Shown: positions 36,154 through 46,359 of the stretch, piece by piece
Numbering within the stretch: the first letter of the stretch is position 1
How the letters are laid out: each line of letters begins with the position of its first letter
Assembly: GCA_965231015.1 (NCBI GenBank)
Contig: OZ246408.1
Location: 481,237 to 545,236 of the forward strand
Direction of reading: 5' to 3'
DNA: 64,000 bases
DNA from: an uncultured Gammaproteobacteria bacterium
GTDB lineage: Bacteria; Patescibacteriota; Patescibacteriia; UBA9934; CAZDDW01
Notes under the pieces: generated by a model
The model's database searches: none
The model's input: only the letters and a program-made list of their open reading frames with translations
Told to the model about the DNA's origin: nothing
Program-made: the position numbers and the translations under genes

Positions 36154-36996
36154 CTATTTGAAATATATGTGGTTTCCAAAGCGTAAATCAATATAATCGA
36201 TTGTCGTTGGGTTACTTATACTCTCTCTTAGTATAGCAAATAAATGATTTGCCTGCTCCTCTACGTCTTCATCCGGATTAAAATAAATCTCATAATCATT
36301 GGTGGTCTTGGCTGCCAACCATGAGGAATGTGGGGAGTCGGTAAAAACAGTCTGTACTTGAACCCCACCCTGCTCAAGAAGTTCCAAAAAATCAAATGTG
36401 CCTTGAATACAATGTTTATTCAGCACATTGTCTCCCACGTTTATTTTTGTATTCGATCGATCAACAAAAATAGGCAGGCTGGCCAATGGTGTGTCTAGGT
36501 ATTCGAGGGACAAGCTTCTGATGACCGTACCTTCAAAATCCACAAAAAACATTTTGTCACCGCTTTGCCAGACCAGACTGGAAATACTTTCGGACACGGT
36601 TATCAGCATGGTTTGTTTCCGTTTTTCTATTAAAATGTCATTGAAAATGAATTTTTGAGATAGGGTTTGTTTAACCCAATCTTCATTGAGTAAAAACCTA
36701 TTATTACCGGGTAGCACCAGCCAGTGTCTTTTTTCCAAAGCCTTCCAACCTTGCTCAACAACCGCCTGATTGGACACAAATTCAGTGCCCTGAACCCTGA
36801 TTTCCCAAATGCCAAAACGTGGAGCTGTTAAGAGCCAGATAATGAATCCAAGTACGAAAACAACCAGTATTATAATCAACCATTTTATCCAGGGACGATC
36901 AGGTTTTTTGGTAGGTTGAAAATATGGATTACGAAAACGCCGCTCGTCATAGCGTTTAAAGTGATATCGTTTAAAAAAGTCGTGCCTCCTGGGCAT
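36154..36996 (-). CDS. ftsQ: cell division protein FtsQ/DivIB (single TM + POTRA domain)
   Basis: A basic N-terminus and one TM segment (WLIIILVVFVLGFIIWLL) are followed by a POTRA-like region. It sits between alr and pgi. Confidence 0.6.
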   Translation of the reverse strand: MPRRHDFFKRYHFKRYDERRFRNPYFQPTKKPDRPWIKWLIIILVVFVLGFIIWLLTAPRFGIWEIRVQGTEFVSNQAVVEQGWKALEKRHWLVLPGNNRFLLNEDWVKQTLSQKFIFNDILIEKRKQTMLITVSESISSLVWQSGDKMFFVDFEGTVIRSLSLEYLDTPLASLPIFVDRSNTKINVGDNVLNKHCIQGTFDFLELLEQGGVQVQTVFTDSPHSSWLAAKTTNDYEIYFNPDEDVEEQANHLFAILRESISNPTTIDYIDLRFGNHIYFK

Positions 36997-36999
36997 AGA

Positions 37000-38145
37000 T
37001 TATACTGTCCGACGAGGAAGGTGCGGACTGATTCGAGCGACCACCTCGTAATTTATGGTTTCCATGATTTTAGCCAGGTCATCGGCGGTTATGCGTCCAG
37101 TTCCCTGTTGACCGATTAGAACCACTTCTTCTTCAGGTTTTATTTGCGGTAGACTAGAAATGTCAACCATGCACATATTCATACATATTCTACCCAGTAT
37201 TTTACATCTATGTCCGCGGATTAAAACTTCTCCTTTATTGCTAAGACGTCGATCAAACCCGTCATAATAGCCAACTGGAATAACGGCAATTCTACTACGC
37301 GATGGCATGATTTCCGTACAACCATAGCCTATTGGACTACCGGCCGGAACATCTTTTATTTGAGCAAGACGGGTCTTCCAGGATAAAACAGGATTCAAGT
37401 CAATGTGTCGGCTGATATTGCGAGAAGTCGTTTCAACGTCATCAGAGGGCCACAAACCATAGGCGGCAATCCCGGCTCGAACCATGTTGCCATGGCTTTC
37501 CGGAAACAAGATGATTGCGCCAGAAGCAGCTAGGTGGTATCGCTTTGGCTTTAGACCAACTACGTGCACTTTTTGAGCTGCTTCGTTATAACGTTTCAAT
37601 TGTGTGATTGCATGGCTTGGGTCTTTGGTATCCTCAATATTGGAGAAATGGGTTGAAATACCAATTAGCTCAATATTTTGACAAAATTTGATCTCCTTAC
37701 AGACATCAACCAGATTAGCTGTCATTACGCCCTGCCGATGAGTTCCTGTCTCGATTTTCAGGTGAATCTTCGCCACCTTACCAAGTCCGGCCGCGACTTC
37801 TTGAAGTTTCCGAACCGTTTCTGTGTCGTAAACCGTTTGTTCAAAGCCAGACTTAATTAGGTCTTCAAAATTTGTGTGCAGGGTGTAGCCAAGGATTAGG
37901 ATTTGATGCTTGGGGGCAACAGCTTTTACTTCACGGGCTTCTTCAAGACTGTCCACTGCAAAATAGGTAACAGACTCTTCAGAAGAGACGATTTTTACGG
38001 TCTCTTTTAAGCCGTGGCCATAGGCGTTAGCCTTAACTACAAAACAAAGCTCGGCTTCCGGCTCTAACAAAGAACTAAGCGCTCGGAGATTGTTCCGAAG
38101 CGCCTGTTCATTGATCTCGATCCAGGTTCGATAGACCTCAGGCAT
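37000..38145 (-). CDS. alr: alanine racemase
   Basis: It carries the PLP-binding motif VVKANAYGHG. Confidence 0.9.
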   Translation of the reverse strand: MPEVYRTWIEINEQALRNNLRALSSLLEPEAELCFVVKANAYGHGLKETVKIVSSEESVTYFAVDSLEEAREVKAVAPKHQILILGYTLHTNFEDLIKSGFEQTVYDTETVRKLQEVAAGLGKVAKIHLKIETGTHRQGVMTANLVDVCKEIKFCQNIELIGISTHFSNIEDTKDPSHAITQLKRYNEAAQKVHVVGLKPKRYHLAASGAIILFPESHGNMVRAGIAAYGLWPSDDVETTSRNISRHIDLNPVLSWKTRLAQIKDVPAGSPIGYGCTEIMPSRSRIAVIPVGYYDGFDRRLSNKGEVLIRGHRCKILGRICMNMCMVDISSLPQIKPEEEVVLIGQQGTGRITADDLAKIMETINYEVVARISPHLPRRTV

Positions 38146-38150
38146 ACAAG

Positions 38151-39449
38151 CTACACTTTTGGTTTTAAAGCTTTTTGTTTGCCCATGTACGGCCGAAGAA
38201 TCTTTGGAATAGTGATTGATCCGTCTTTGTTTTGATAGTTTTCGAGGATAGCAATCAGGATACGAGGAGAGGCGATCATGGTGTTGTTCAAAGTGTGACA
38301 GTACTTGATATCTCCGTCTGCGGTTCTGTATCGAAGTCCTCCCCGGCGAGCTTGCCAGTCGGTTAGGTATGAAACTGAGTGGGTTTCACAATAGTCTTGC
38401 CGTGACGGCATCCAGGTTTCAATGTCGTACATCTTGTACTTCCCTGCTCCCATGTCACCGGTACAGATCTGGATTACTCGATGCGGCAGCTCTAAGTCGC
38501 GTAACAGTTCAAGGGCGTTTTCTTTGATGGCCTCCATCCAGTACAATCCCTCAGTCAAATCGTTTTTACATAGAACCACCTGCTCTACCTTCATAAATTC
38601 GTGGACGCGATAAATACCGCGAGTGTCTTTGCCGTAACCACCGACTTCTCTGCGGTAGCACGGAGAAAAACCGGCCAACTGAACCGCTAGGTCTTCCTCG
38701 TTCAAGATCTCACCCGCATGATATTGCAATAGAGCCGGCTCACTAGTTCCAGCTAAATATTTGGTTTCGGCAGTCTTCCCTTCTTCAGCATGATCGTGAA
38801 TTTCATAGATCTCCTCACGCTCACCCGGGAAGTGTCCACTCGTGGTTAACGCTCCTTCGCGAACAATGGCTGGAGCGGTCATGATTGTAAAACCTTTTTC
38901 AGCCAATCGAGCTGCAGCTAGGTTTATAAGTCCCAGATGCATGAGTGCCAGCTCATTCTTGAGATAATAACCACGGAAACCACCGGTTTTAACGCCTCGT
39001 TCAGTGTCTAACAGATCCAATTTCTCGGCTAATTCTACATGATCTTTAGGTTCGAAATCAAACTTGGTTGGATCTCCGCTACGGTCAATCTCCACGTTAC
39101 CATTCTCGTCTGGACCAATTGGGGTGTCATCAGAAGGAATGTTTGGTACTCGGTACATCAGAGTTTGAAAACGTTCTTCAACTTCACGAAGCTGTGGTTC
39201 GATTTCAGATAATTTTTCTTTTACCTCTTTTCCCTCTTCGGCAATCTTGGCTTTGTCTTCCGGTTTGGCAGCTTGAACTCGATCAGCCACAGCACGCTTT
39301 TCAGCATTCAAAGTTTCGACTTTTTGCAATAATTCTCGGCGCTCTCGGTCAACTTCTAATAGTTCATCCAAATCAATGTCTACCCCCTTATCCTTGGCCG
39401 CCTTTTTGACCTCGGCTGTGTTTTCACGAATAAATTTAATGTCTAGCAT
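38151..39449 (-). CDS. serS: serine--tRNA ligase
   Basis: An N-terminal coiled coil and class II motifs are present (RGIYRVHEFMKVEQ). Confidence 0.9.
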   Translation of the reverse strand: MLDIKFIRENTAEVKKAAKDKGVDIDLDELLEVDRERRELLQKVETLNAEKRAVADRVQAAKPEDKAKIAEEGKEVKEKLSEIEPQLREVEERFQTLMYRVPNIPSDDTPIGPDENGNVEIDRSGDPTKFDFEPKDHVELAEKLDLLDTERGVKTGGFRGYYLKNELALMHLGLINLAAARLAEKGFTIMTAPAIVREGALTTSGHFPGEREEIYEIHDHAEEGKTAETKYLAGTSEPALLQYHAGEILNEEDLAVQLAGFSPCYRREVGGYGKDTRGIYRVHEFMKVEQVVLCKNDLTEGLYWMEAIKENALELLRDLELPHRVIQICTGDMGAGKYKMYDIETWMPSRQDYCETHSVSYLTDWQARRGGLRYRTADGDIKYCHTLNNTMIASPRILIAILENYQNKDGSITIPKILRPYMGKQKALKPKV

Positions 39450-39843
39450 ATGATGTTTTGTAATTATCCGGTTGAAACGGTTTTAATCGCACCAGCTGAA
39501 TGTGCCTGTTTTGAGTTTTTGCTAGATACTGTTTTAGACTTTCGTAAAGTTCATCTTGATCATATCCAACAGCGATCACATCTGGTTTGACCTCCTCGAC
39601 GATCTTGAATTTTCCTCGTTGGCGATCTGACAGCCAAGCCTCATCTATGAGCGGGTAATCCTTCACTATCTGCAATCGTTCTTGCTCATCAAATTTGGGG
39701 GCCCTGTCCTTGGTTTCTCTTACATATCGATCTCGAGCAACACTAGCTATTAAATAGTCACCATGTTCTCGAGCTTCATGCATCATGGCAAAGTGCCCAG
39801 GGTGTAGCTCATCAAAGGTCCCAAAAATTAATACGCGGCTCAT
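39436..39843 (-). CDS. cytidylyltransferase-like nucleotidyltransferase (TagD/RibL-like, HxGH motif)
   Basis: The sequence RVLIFGTFDELHPGHFAMMHEAREHGDYLIASV matches the family. The protein is 135 aa. Confidence 0.7.
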   Translation of the reverse strand: MSRVLIFGTFDELHPGHFAMMHEAREHGDYLIASVARDRYVRETKDRAPKFDEQERLQIVKDYPLIDEAWLSDRQRGKFKIVEEVKPDVIAVGYDQDELYESLKQYLAKTQNRHIQLVRLKPFQPDNYKTSYARH

Positions 39844-41927
39844 AATCCAAGTTCATCTGATCCTTCTTGCATGGCCTTGAGACTGGTTTCGATTACTTCT
39901 TCTAAGCTCATACCCATTAATTCATCACACCTCGCAATTATATCTCGATTTACATTTCGGGCGAACTCTTTCTTTTTGAATTTTTTCTTGACTGATGGCA
40001 CGGTCAAAGTTGCCAGTTTCTTTTCAGGTTGTACCAGCGCGGCGGCAGAAATCAGTCCGGTAAGCTCTTCTACGCAAAACAGAGTTTTATCAAGCAGGAG
40101 TTGCAAATCAATTCCGTGCATATGGTTGTGGGCTTTGACCGCGTTGACAATTCGAGAGTCAATTCCTTCCCCTTCCAAAATTTCAGCACTGCGCAGTGAG
40201 TGTTGTTCAGGGTCATCTCTTGTTTCTTCCCAGTCGATATCATGCAAGAGTCCGGTCATGCCCCAAAGGTTCTCATTCTTGCCAAAGTGACGGGCAAAAG
40301 ACCGCATTACCATTTCAGCGGCTAAATGATGCTTGATTAAACCGTCTTGTTTAATGTGTTTTTTTAGTAATTTTAGCGCATTTTCTCGCTCCGGGATTGT
40401 TCCGGTAATATCTAAACTTTCTCCGTCATCGTCATCCGACGGAGATGAATTACTTTTTAAACCAGCTTCCGGTTTCAAAGTTGGGAACAAGATCACTTCT
40501 TTTAAGTTTGGAGAATTGGTTAGCATTTTAGCCAATCGGTCCAACCCCATTCCAAGCCCAGCGGTCGGTGGCATACCATGTTTGAGAGCGTTCAAGAAAT
40601 CCTCGTCAAAGCGTTGGGCTTCATCATCTCCAGCCGCACGTAAAGATTCCTGTTCACGGAAACGCTCTTCTTGGTCTAATGGATCATTGAGCTCAGAAAA
40701 TCCATTACACAGTTCCACCCCGGCCGCACAAACAAGTTGCATGCGCTCCACGTAACGTGGATCTTCCGGCTTTCGTTTTGCAAGCGGTGAAAGTTCAACC
40801 GGATGATCGATCATGAAAATCGGATCAATTATTTTTGGTCGAGCGAAAGTCTTGTAAATTTCATCTACCAACTTACCTCGCCCATCAGTTTCTTTGATGT
40901 CTTCAACACCCTTCTTGACGGCGGCTTTATACAAACTGGTAGCGTCAGGATAATCCTCAATATCGATTCCTGCGTGGTCGATGATTAATTGACGCATGGT
41001 AATCCGCGGATACGGTGGTTTGAAGTTAGCGGTTTTGTCTCCGGCCTTAATCTTAAAACCGAGCCCAAGTTCAGTTAACAGATACGGCAACATTTGCTCA
41101 GTCAAATCCATTAAATCGTGATAATTGGCATAGGCCCAGTAGTACTCGATTTGAGTAAATTCCGGGTTGTGTTCATTGTCGATCCCCTCATTTCTAAAAC
41201 ACCGAGCAATCTCAAATACTTTTTCATATCCACCCACAATAAGTTTTTTTAGATACAGTTCCGGAGCGATACGCATGTACATGTCAACATTGAGTGCGTT
41301 ATGGTGGGTTTTAAAAGGCTTGGCTGTAGCGCCACCCGGAATAATTTGCAGAATAGGAGTTTCAACTTCCATAAAACCGCGTTCTTCAAAAAAGTCGCGG
41401 ATTAATTTGATCATTTTACTGCGAAGACGGAAAATATTGCGCACTTGTTCGTTCGCAATCAAATCCAGATAGCGCTGACGATAACGTATTTCAACATCAT
41501 TCAAACCATGCCATTTTTCTGGGAGCGGCAACAGGCTCTTGGTCAACATGAGGTAGTCTTTGGCAAGGAGTGTGTGTTCTCCGGTTTTGGTGACAAAAGT
41601 CGTGCCATTGATCTCGATGAAGTCTCCCATGTCATAAAGATCATGGAATTGTTTATAGTTGTCGGTCCCAAGATCGTCTTTTTTAAGCAAGACTTGAACG
41701 CGAGCAGTTTCGTCTTCAACCACGATAAAAGTTAACCCGCCATGTTTGCGAATACTGCGAATCCGTCCGGTAAGATGCACATGTTCTCCGGTTTTATCTA
41801 GTTCATCAAATAAATCTAAAAACTTATCAATGGTGTGAGTTCGGGTTGTTTTACAAGGGTACGGTTCAATCCCAGCCTGCCTAGCAAGCTCGAGACGCCG
41901 CCGCCGCATGGCCTCTTCATCAATCAT
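39840..41927 (-). CDS. lysS: lysine--tRNA ligase (class II) fused to C-terminal HD-domain phosphohydrolase
   Basis: The LysRS core runs over residues ~1-500 (OB fold, motifs 1-3 incl. GMGLDRL). An Asp/Ser-rich linker follows, then an HD domain (HHLAAEMVMRSFARHFG....LLHDIDWEE...HNHMH). Confidence 0.85.
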   Translation of the reverse strand: MIDEEAMRRRRLELARQAGIEPYPCKTTRTHTIDKFLDLFDELDKTGEHVHLTGRIRSIRKHGGLTFIVVEDETARVQVLLKKDDLGTDNYKQFHDLYDMGDFIEINGTTFVTKTGEHTLLAKDYLMLTKSLLPLPEKWHGLNDVEIRYRQRYLDLIANEQVRNIFRLRSKMIKLIRDFFEERGFMEVETPILQIIPGGATAKPFKTHHNALNVDMYMRIAPELYLKKLIVGGYEKVFEIARCFRNEGIDNEHNPEFTQIEYYWAYANYHDLMDLTEQMLPYLLTELGLGFKIKAGDKTANFKPPYPRITMRQLIIDHAGIDIEDYPDATSLYKAAVKKGVEDIKETDGRGKLVDEIYKTFARPKIIDPIFMIDHPVELSPLAKRKPEDPRYVERMQLVCAAGVELCNGFSELNDPLDQEERFREQESLRAAGDDEAQRFDEDFLNALKHGMPPTAGLGMGLDRLAKMLTNSPNLKEVILFPTLKPEAGLKSNSSPSDDDDGESLDITGTIPERENALKLLKKHIKQDGLIKHHLAAEMVMRSFARHFGKNENLWGMTGLLHDIDWEETRDDPEQHSLRSAEILEGEGIDSRIVNAVKAHNHMHGIDLQLLLDKTLFCVEELTGLISAAALVQPEKKLATLTVPSVKKKFKKKEFARNVNRDIIARCDELMGMSLEEVIETSLKAMQEGSDELGL

Positions 41928-42031
41928 AAATATAGGTTTTAAACGTAGATATTTTAACTTAATTTAGGCTTATAGTCAAAAACTCACCGGGCTTTTAACA
42001 CGGCGAGTTGAGCTTAAAATTATAAACGCCG

Positions 42032-42490
42032 CTACAGGATCTTTTTTACCTTGTATGAAACGTTTCCGGATGGCAGTTCTACTTCAACGGTTTCCCCTAC
42101 CCTAGCTCCCAAAAAGGCTTTACCTACCGGGGTTTCGTTACTGATTTTGCCGCTCATGGGATCGGCTTCGGTTGAACCAACCATTTCAAACTCCTTGTCT
42201 TCTCCATTTAGTTCAGCGATAAACTTGTTTCCAATATTTACACTGTCTCCACCAGCCTTTTCTTCTACTAATACTGCGTTTTGCAGCATGTCTTTGAGCT
42301 CAATAATCCGACTCTCGTTTTGAGCCTGCTCTTCTTTAGCCGCATGATACTCAAAGTTTTCGGAAAGATCTCCGAGTTCTTTGGCTTGTTCTATTTTGCC
42401 AGCAATAATTTTGCGTCCCTCACCTTGACGGTGTTCGAGCTCTTGTTTTAATTCTTCTAGCTTTTCAGCTGAAACAAATACTGCATCCAT
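42032..42490 (-). CDS. greA: transcription elongation factor GreA
   Basis: The motif GDLSENFEYHAAKEEQ and the FKBP-like C-domain are present. Confidence 0.9.
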   Translation of the reverse strand: MDAVFVSAEKLEELKQELEHRQGEGRKIIAGKIEQAKELGDLSENFEYHAAKEEQAQNESRIIELKDMLQNAVLVEEKAGGDSVNIGNKFIAELNGEDKEFEMVGSTEADPMSGKISNETPVGKAFLGARVGETVEVELPSGNVSYKVKKIL

Positions 42491-42574
42491 ATGTTCTTTT
42501 TAAATTGAACACCCGTGGCCATGCGGACACGAGTTGGTTAAATTACTATACCAAAAACTTGTCCACAGAGCAAG

Positions 42575-43117
42575 TTAGTCCTCAATAATAGCTTGTAAGA
42601 CACTCGGCACTTCGGTTATCCCGGTATCATCGTCGTAATGACTCATGTCGTGATCGATTACGGTCGAGGCACCAAAGTGTTCTTTGGTGTAATTAGTACT
42701 GCTGGTTGGTATAAATGGATCGTTGTCAGAAAAGACCGATGATTTTTTTGGCTGAACTCGAGATCTTGGTGTCGTTGAAAGGTTGTTCAAGCCATGGGGC
42801 GATAAATTCGGGCATATCGTCAGTTAATCCGTTGATAATATCAACCGCCGGGACCACCAAAACAGCTTTGTTGATTTTATTCCTTCAAGTAGTCGCTCGA
42901 GGTATCGCGGCGCTGTTGCTCCACCCATGCTGTGGCCGACAATAATAACGTCTTCACTTGGTGTGCCGACAACCTGTTCAAGGTATGATACCCAAGCTTC
43001 CATGCGTGGATTATCCGAATCCGGCATGGAAAGAGATTCGACTTCGTAACCCTCGGCTTCGAGCTCACGCTTGAGCCATGGAAAAAAATGAGTTGTTGGA
43101 GCTCCCTTCCCAACCAT
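42575..43117 (-). pseudogene. frameshifted RBBP9/YdeN-family alpha/beta serine hydrolase
   Basis: The N-terminal part (42824..43117) has FPWLKRELEAEGYEV....IIVGHSMGG. The C-terminal part (42575..42790) is in another frame. The frameshift lies between them near 42800-42860. Confidence 0.6.
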
Positions 43118-43234
43118 GAACCAAGAATGCTTTTGGCATAAAATTTTGTTTATAGATTTAACCTTTTGGTTAGAAGATTATTCACTGGCACATTCGTGCG
43201 AATGTGAAAGTAAGATACTTGTTATTTAGTATAG

Positions 43235-43350
43235 TTGCTGTTAGGCGCTGTCGCGAGCGGAGCGAGCGGCAAAGCGCCGACAGTCGCAGCCCGTTATATT
43301 CCTCGAAGGGCTGAAATTCAGTGCAACGTCCCGAAGGGCTGGCGAGCGTA
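43235..43350. repeat. GC-rich repeat element R0 (partial; contains GTTAGGC and GTGCAACG modules)
   Basis: It shares sub-modules with R1/R2, such as agtgcaacg...cgaag and gttaggcg. Confidence 0.5.
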
Positions 43351-43366
43351 ATAAATACCATTAAAT

Positions 43367-43726
43367 TTATTGCAATTTCTTGAGCATTCTTTCAACTATT
43401 CTTTGAGCTTGTCTTCCGGCGGCAGCGTGTATAAGGTCAAACATATCTCTTGATAGTGCTTCACACTCTCCTGTTTTTGAATCGACTTTGTATCCGGTAA
43501 AATTTTCTGAAACATCTGATGTTTTTTCGATTTCTTGAAGAAAATCAATTAATTCAGATCGAGGAACACCGCCGCCTTGATCAGGATTTTGTTCTAAAAT
43601 TTTTCTTAATGCTTGAGCTCTTTCTGGACTAAAATGTTTTGTTAATTCAGATAACTCTGCCGTCTTTTCTTTTGCTTGTTCGGCAAGGTCTCTGAGCTCT
43701 GTTGGTTGTTCTGATCCTTTTTCCAT
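43367..43726 (-). CDS. hypothetical protein (119 aa)
   Basis: It is a clean ORF preceded by repeat R1, with no domain found. Confidence 0.5.
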   Translation of the reverse strand: MEKGSEQPTELRDLAEQAKEKTAELSELTKHFSPERAQALRKILEQNPDQGGGVPRSELIDFLQEIEKTSDVSENFTGYKVDSKTGECEALSRDMFDLIHAAAGRQAQRIVERMLKKLQ

Positions 43727-43754
43727 AAGTTATAAATTTAATGGTATTTATTAT

Positions 43755-44058
43755 GGCGTATAACGGCCGGCGGCTATGCGACGTGGTCCGGAGACGAGCT
43801 TGCTCGTCGACGGGCCATGTCCGCATAGCTGACTGTTGTGCGATGTCGCGTAGCGACGAGCGCAACAAAAGGCGTAGCCGCCGGCCGTTGTGGCGAAGGA
43901 GCGAAGCGATTTCGCCACAACGTTTGCGTGTATCTGATGTTTTGCGGAGCAAAATATGGGAGATCGAAGTGCAACGAGTGAACCGCATATGCTGTGTTAG
44001 GCGAGCCGAACGGAGTGATAGCGAAGTGAGAGTGCAACGTGCCTTTAGCGTATTTTTG
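43755..44058. repeat. GC-rich hairpin-rich repeat element R1 (core module A + module C)
   Basis: A ~170-bp core is nearly identical to R2 and R3: a 14-bp perfect inverted repeat ACGGCCGGCGGCTA...TAGCCGCCGGCCGT encloses ~90 nt, followed by the hairpin GTTGTGGCGAA..TTCGCCACAAC. Arg-rich ORFs inside it are artefacts of GC-richness. Confidence 0.8.
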
Positions 44059-44115
44059 AAAAAATTATCATTATTATTCTTTTGTTGTTGGTCTTTTTAT
44101 AATTGTTGATTGCTA

Positions 44116-44520
44116 TTAACCAAATACTGCAAAACCTTCCCCAAATACCCTTGATGAAACCGCACTTAATATGATAACGCCAACAAGTAATGTCACCATT
44201 ATAAAAATAACTTCTCCAAGAATAACTTTTTTATATAACTTACCCAGCTCACTCTCACACGTTTTTTTCAGAAATTCAGATAAAAATTTTTCTTTGAAGT
44301 AGAAATATAAACCTAATAATATAAATAAGGTTCCTACAAGTAAATTGATGACAAAACCAATGCGAGATAAATAAATACTACCAATGATAATCAATCCACT
44401 TGTTATCCAAAGAAAAATCGTCAAATAAGTTGCGAACTGTAATAATTTTAATTGTAAGTTATTTTTCATAATGTTTAGTCTGAATAAATTAATTTTTATA
44501 TACTCCAACAACAAAAACAT
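44116..44520 (-). CDS. hypothetical integral membrane protein (4 TM)
   Basis: Hydrophobic helices are present. The 5' end of the tracked ORF overlaps a repeat motif, so the start was trimmed. Confidence 0.45.
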   Translation of the reverse strand: MFLLLEYIKINLFRLNIMKNNLQLKLLQFATYLTIFLWITSGLIIIGSIYLSRIGFVINLLVGTLFILLGLYFYFKEKFLSEFLKKTCESELGKLYKKVILGEVIFIMVTLLVGVIILSAVSSRVFGEGFAVFG

Positions 44521-44815
44521 TTTAAAAACAAATTTTTCAAAAATATGTCGCCTAACGTTCAAGTATATGAGAAGTTTCGCACACTCCTTATTAAAATTCA
44601 ATAATGTGTGTGCGAAATTTGGGTAAAAGAAATTGCGCCCCCGCTAAAAGTTAAGAAGCGTAATTTCTTGAACCTCTTATACTTTGTTGTACGATGTTGG
44701 CTTTCCATTTTATTCGATTTTTTGGGGAGTTTTCGGTCGTTTGCAATTGACAGGCGGGGAGCAACTTGCTATTATTCAAAGTCGCAATTCCGCGACCAAC
44801 GAAGGAGGTTTATCA

Positions 44816-45102
44816 TGAGTGACAAGACGAAGAGGCGACCGGCACACGAGATCATCATGGGGATGATACACGAGGCGTACAGAGATCTGGCTTCTGCCGA
44901 TAAGGGGCAGGAAGAACGGCATGCTGTTCGGATTCAGACTCTGTGCCAGGTGATGACTGACATGTTCATCCCCGAGGAATTGATGCCTCAGCTGACCAAT
45001 CAGCTCGAAATGGCCACCCGAGTCCCCATCATCGCCGATGTGGCCTACCTGGTGCACGAGGACATTCAGCGTCTCATGGGCAGGCTCATGTACGACGAGT
45101 AG
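44816..45102 (+). CDS. GC-rich hypothetical protein (95 aa) with strong SD (AAGGAGG 8 nt upstream); only plus-strand gene in the island
   Basis: Its composition differs from its neighbours. There is an RBS, and start is MSDKTKRRPAHEIIMGMIHEAYRDL. Confidence 0.5.
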
Positions 45103-45221
45103 AACGCCCCGCCGCCATCCGCTTCACCAACCCCCGTTCGGACAACATGTCCAGCAGGGGTTCATTTTTTATAGAGAAAACTGCCCAAATAATTGAATTG
45201 GAAAAGAGAAAAATGGAAAGC

Positions 45222-45345
45222 CAATTTCGCCACAACGTTCCTGCGTATGCGATGTTTGCTAGTGGTATAATTGCACGAAGTGCTTACCACTGGCAAATAT
45301 GGGTGCAGTGAGGAGGAGGTACAACGACGAACGGAACCGCATATT
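45222..45345. repeat. partial repeat R2' (module B: hairpin CCAGTGGTATAATTGCACGAAGTGCTTACCACTGG)
   Basis: It is near-identical to the right half of R3. Confidence 0.7.
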
Positions 45346-45350
45346 CTTTG

Positions 45351-45899
45351 TTATATGATGTTTTTGTGTGACACGTCATTAAGATAAAACAATATTGCAA
45401 TCAATGATATACCGTCTGATATTTCCTTGTTTTCAATCAGTTCTTTGACTTTAGCAATAGAGAGCCAATGGATTTCATTGACTTCATCTGTATCAAAATC
45501 TATTTGTTTAGAACTATCAGCTTCACCAATAACTACATGTGTCGTTTGGTTTGACATTCCGTTTGAAGGATTGAAAGAATAATGGAGTTTTAATGCCTTC
45601 GTTCTAAACCCAGTTTCTTCTAGCACTTCGCGTTCAGCGGCTTTCAAAATATCCTCGCTTTTATCGATTCCACCGGCGGGTAATTCCCACTGAATCTGTT
45701 GGGTTGTATAGCGAAGTGCTTTTATGAAGCAAATGTCTTTTTTATCGTTGGTCAACAAAACGACTACAGAATCGTTTGGATAGTCTAAAAAATGGTATTT
45801 TTCAATAATTTTACCAGAAGGCATTAAAACCCTGTCTGTATAGAGGTTGATCCATTGGCTCTCGTAGATTGTTTTTCGCTCTAGTCTTTCAGGTAACAT
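45351..45899 (-). CDS. NUDIX hydrolase
   Basis: It carries the Nudix box GGIDKSEDILKAAEREVLEETGF. Confidence 0.85.
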   Translation of the reverse strand: MLPERLERKTIYESQWINLYTDRVLMPSGKIIEKYHFLDYPNDSVVVLLTNDKKDICFIKALRYTTQQIQWELPAGGIDKSEDILKAAEREVLEETGFRTKALKLHYSFNPSNGMSNQTTHVVIGEADSSKQIDFDTDEVNEIHWLSIAKVKELIENKEISDGISLIAILFYLNDVSHKNII

Positions 45900-45943
45900 A
45901 TCTTGATTGTATTAGTGTCACACAAAAATTTCACACAACGGCC

Positions 45944-46240
45944 GGCGGCTATGCGACGTGGTCCGGAGACGAGCTTACTCGTCGACGGGCCATGTCCGCA
46001 TAGCTGACTGTTGTGCGATGTCGCGTAGCGACGAGCGCAACAAAAGGCGTAGCCGCCGGCCGTTGTGGCGAAGGAGCGAAGCGATTTCGCCACAACGTTC
46101 GCGTATATCTGATGTTTTGCGGAGCGTAGCGGAGCAAAATATGGGAGAGCGACGGCAGGAGCGAACCAGATATACGCTGTTGTGCGAGGGTGAGCGACGA
46201 TAGGAGCGAAAGTGCAACGACCCCGAAGCGTATTTTTCAA
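45944..46240. repeat. GC-rich repeat element R2 (core module A + modules C and D)
   Basis: See R1. The core 45944..46115 is nearly identical. Confidence 0.8.
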
Positions 46241-46359
46241 TATTTTTTCATTCTTTATTATTTTGTTGAAGAATTTTATTATTATTTGGAATTTTTATTT
46301 TTTCGTTTTTCTTTTTCCAAGAGGGATTAGGGGTGAATTGGAAAAAGAAAAACACCTTA

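Noticed and set aside
43741-44109. Arg-rich ORFs inside the GC-rich repeats (43741..44109, 45958..46203, 50979..51302 and minus-strand counterparts)
   Set aside because: They are identical only because the DNA is identical. Composition-driven open frames in GC-rich DNA give no independent coding signal.
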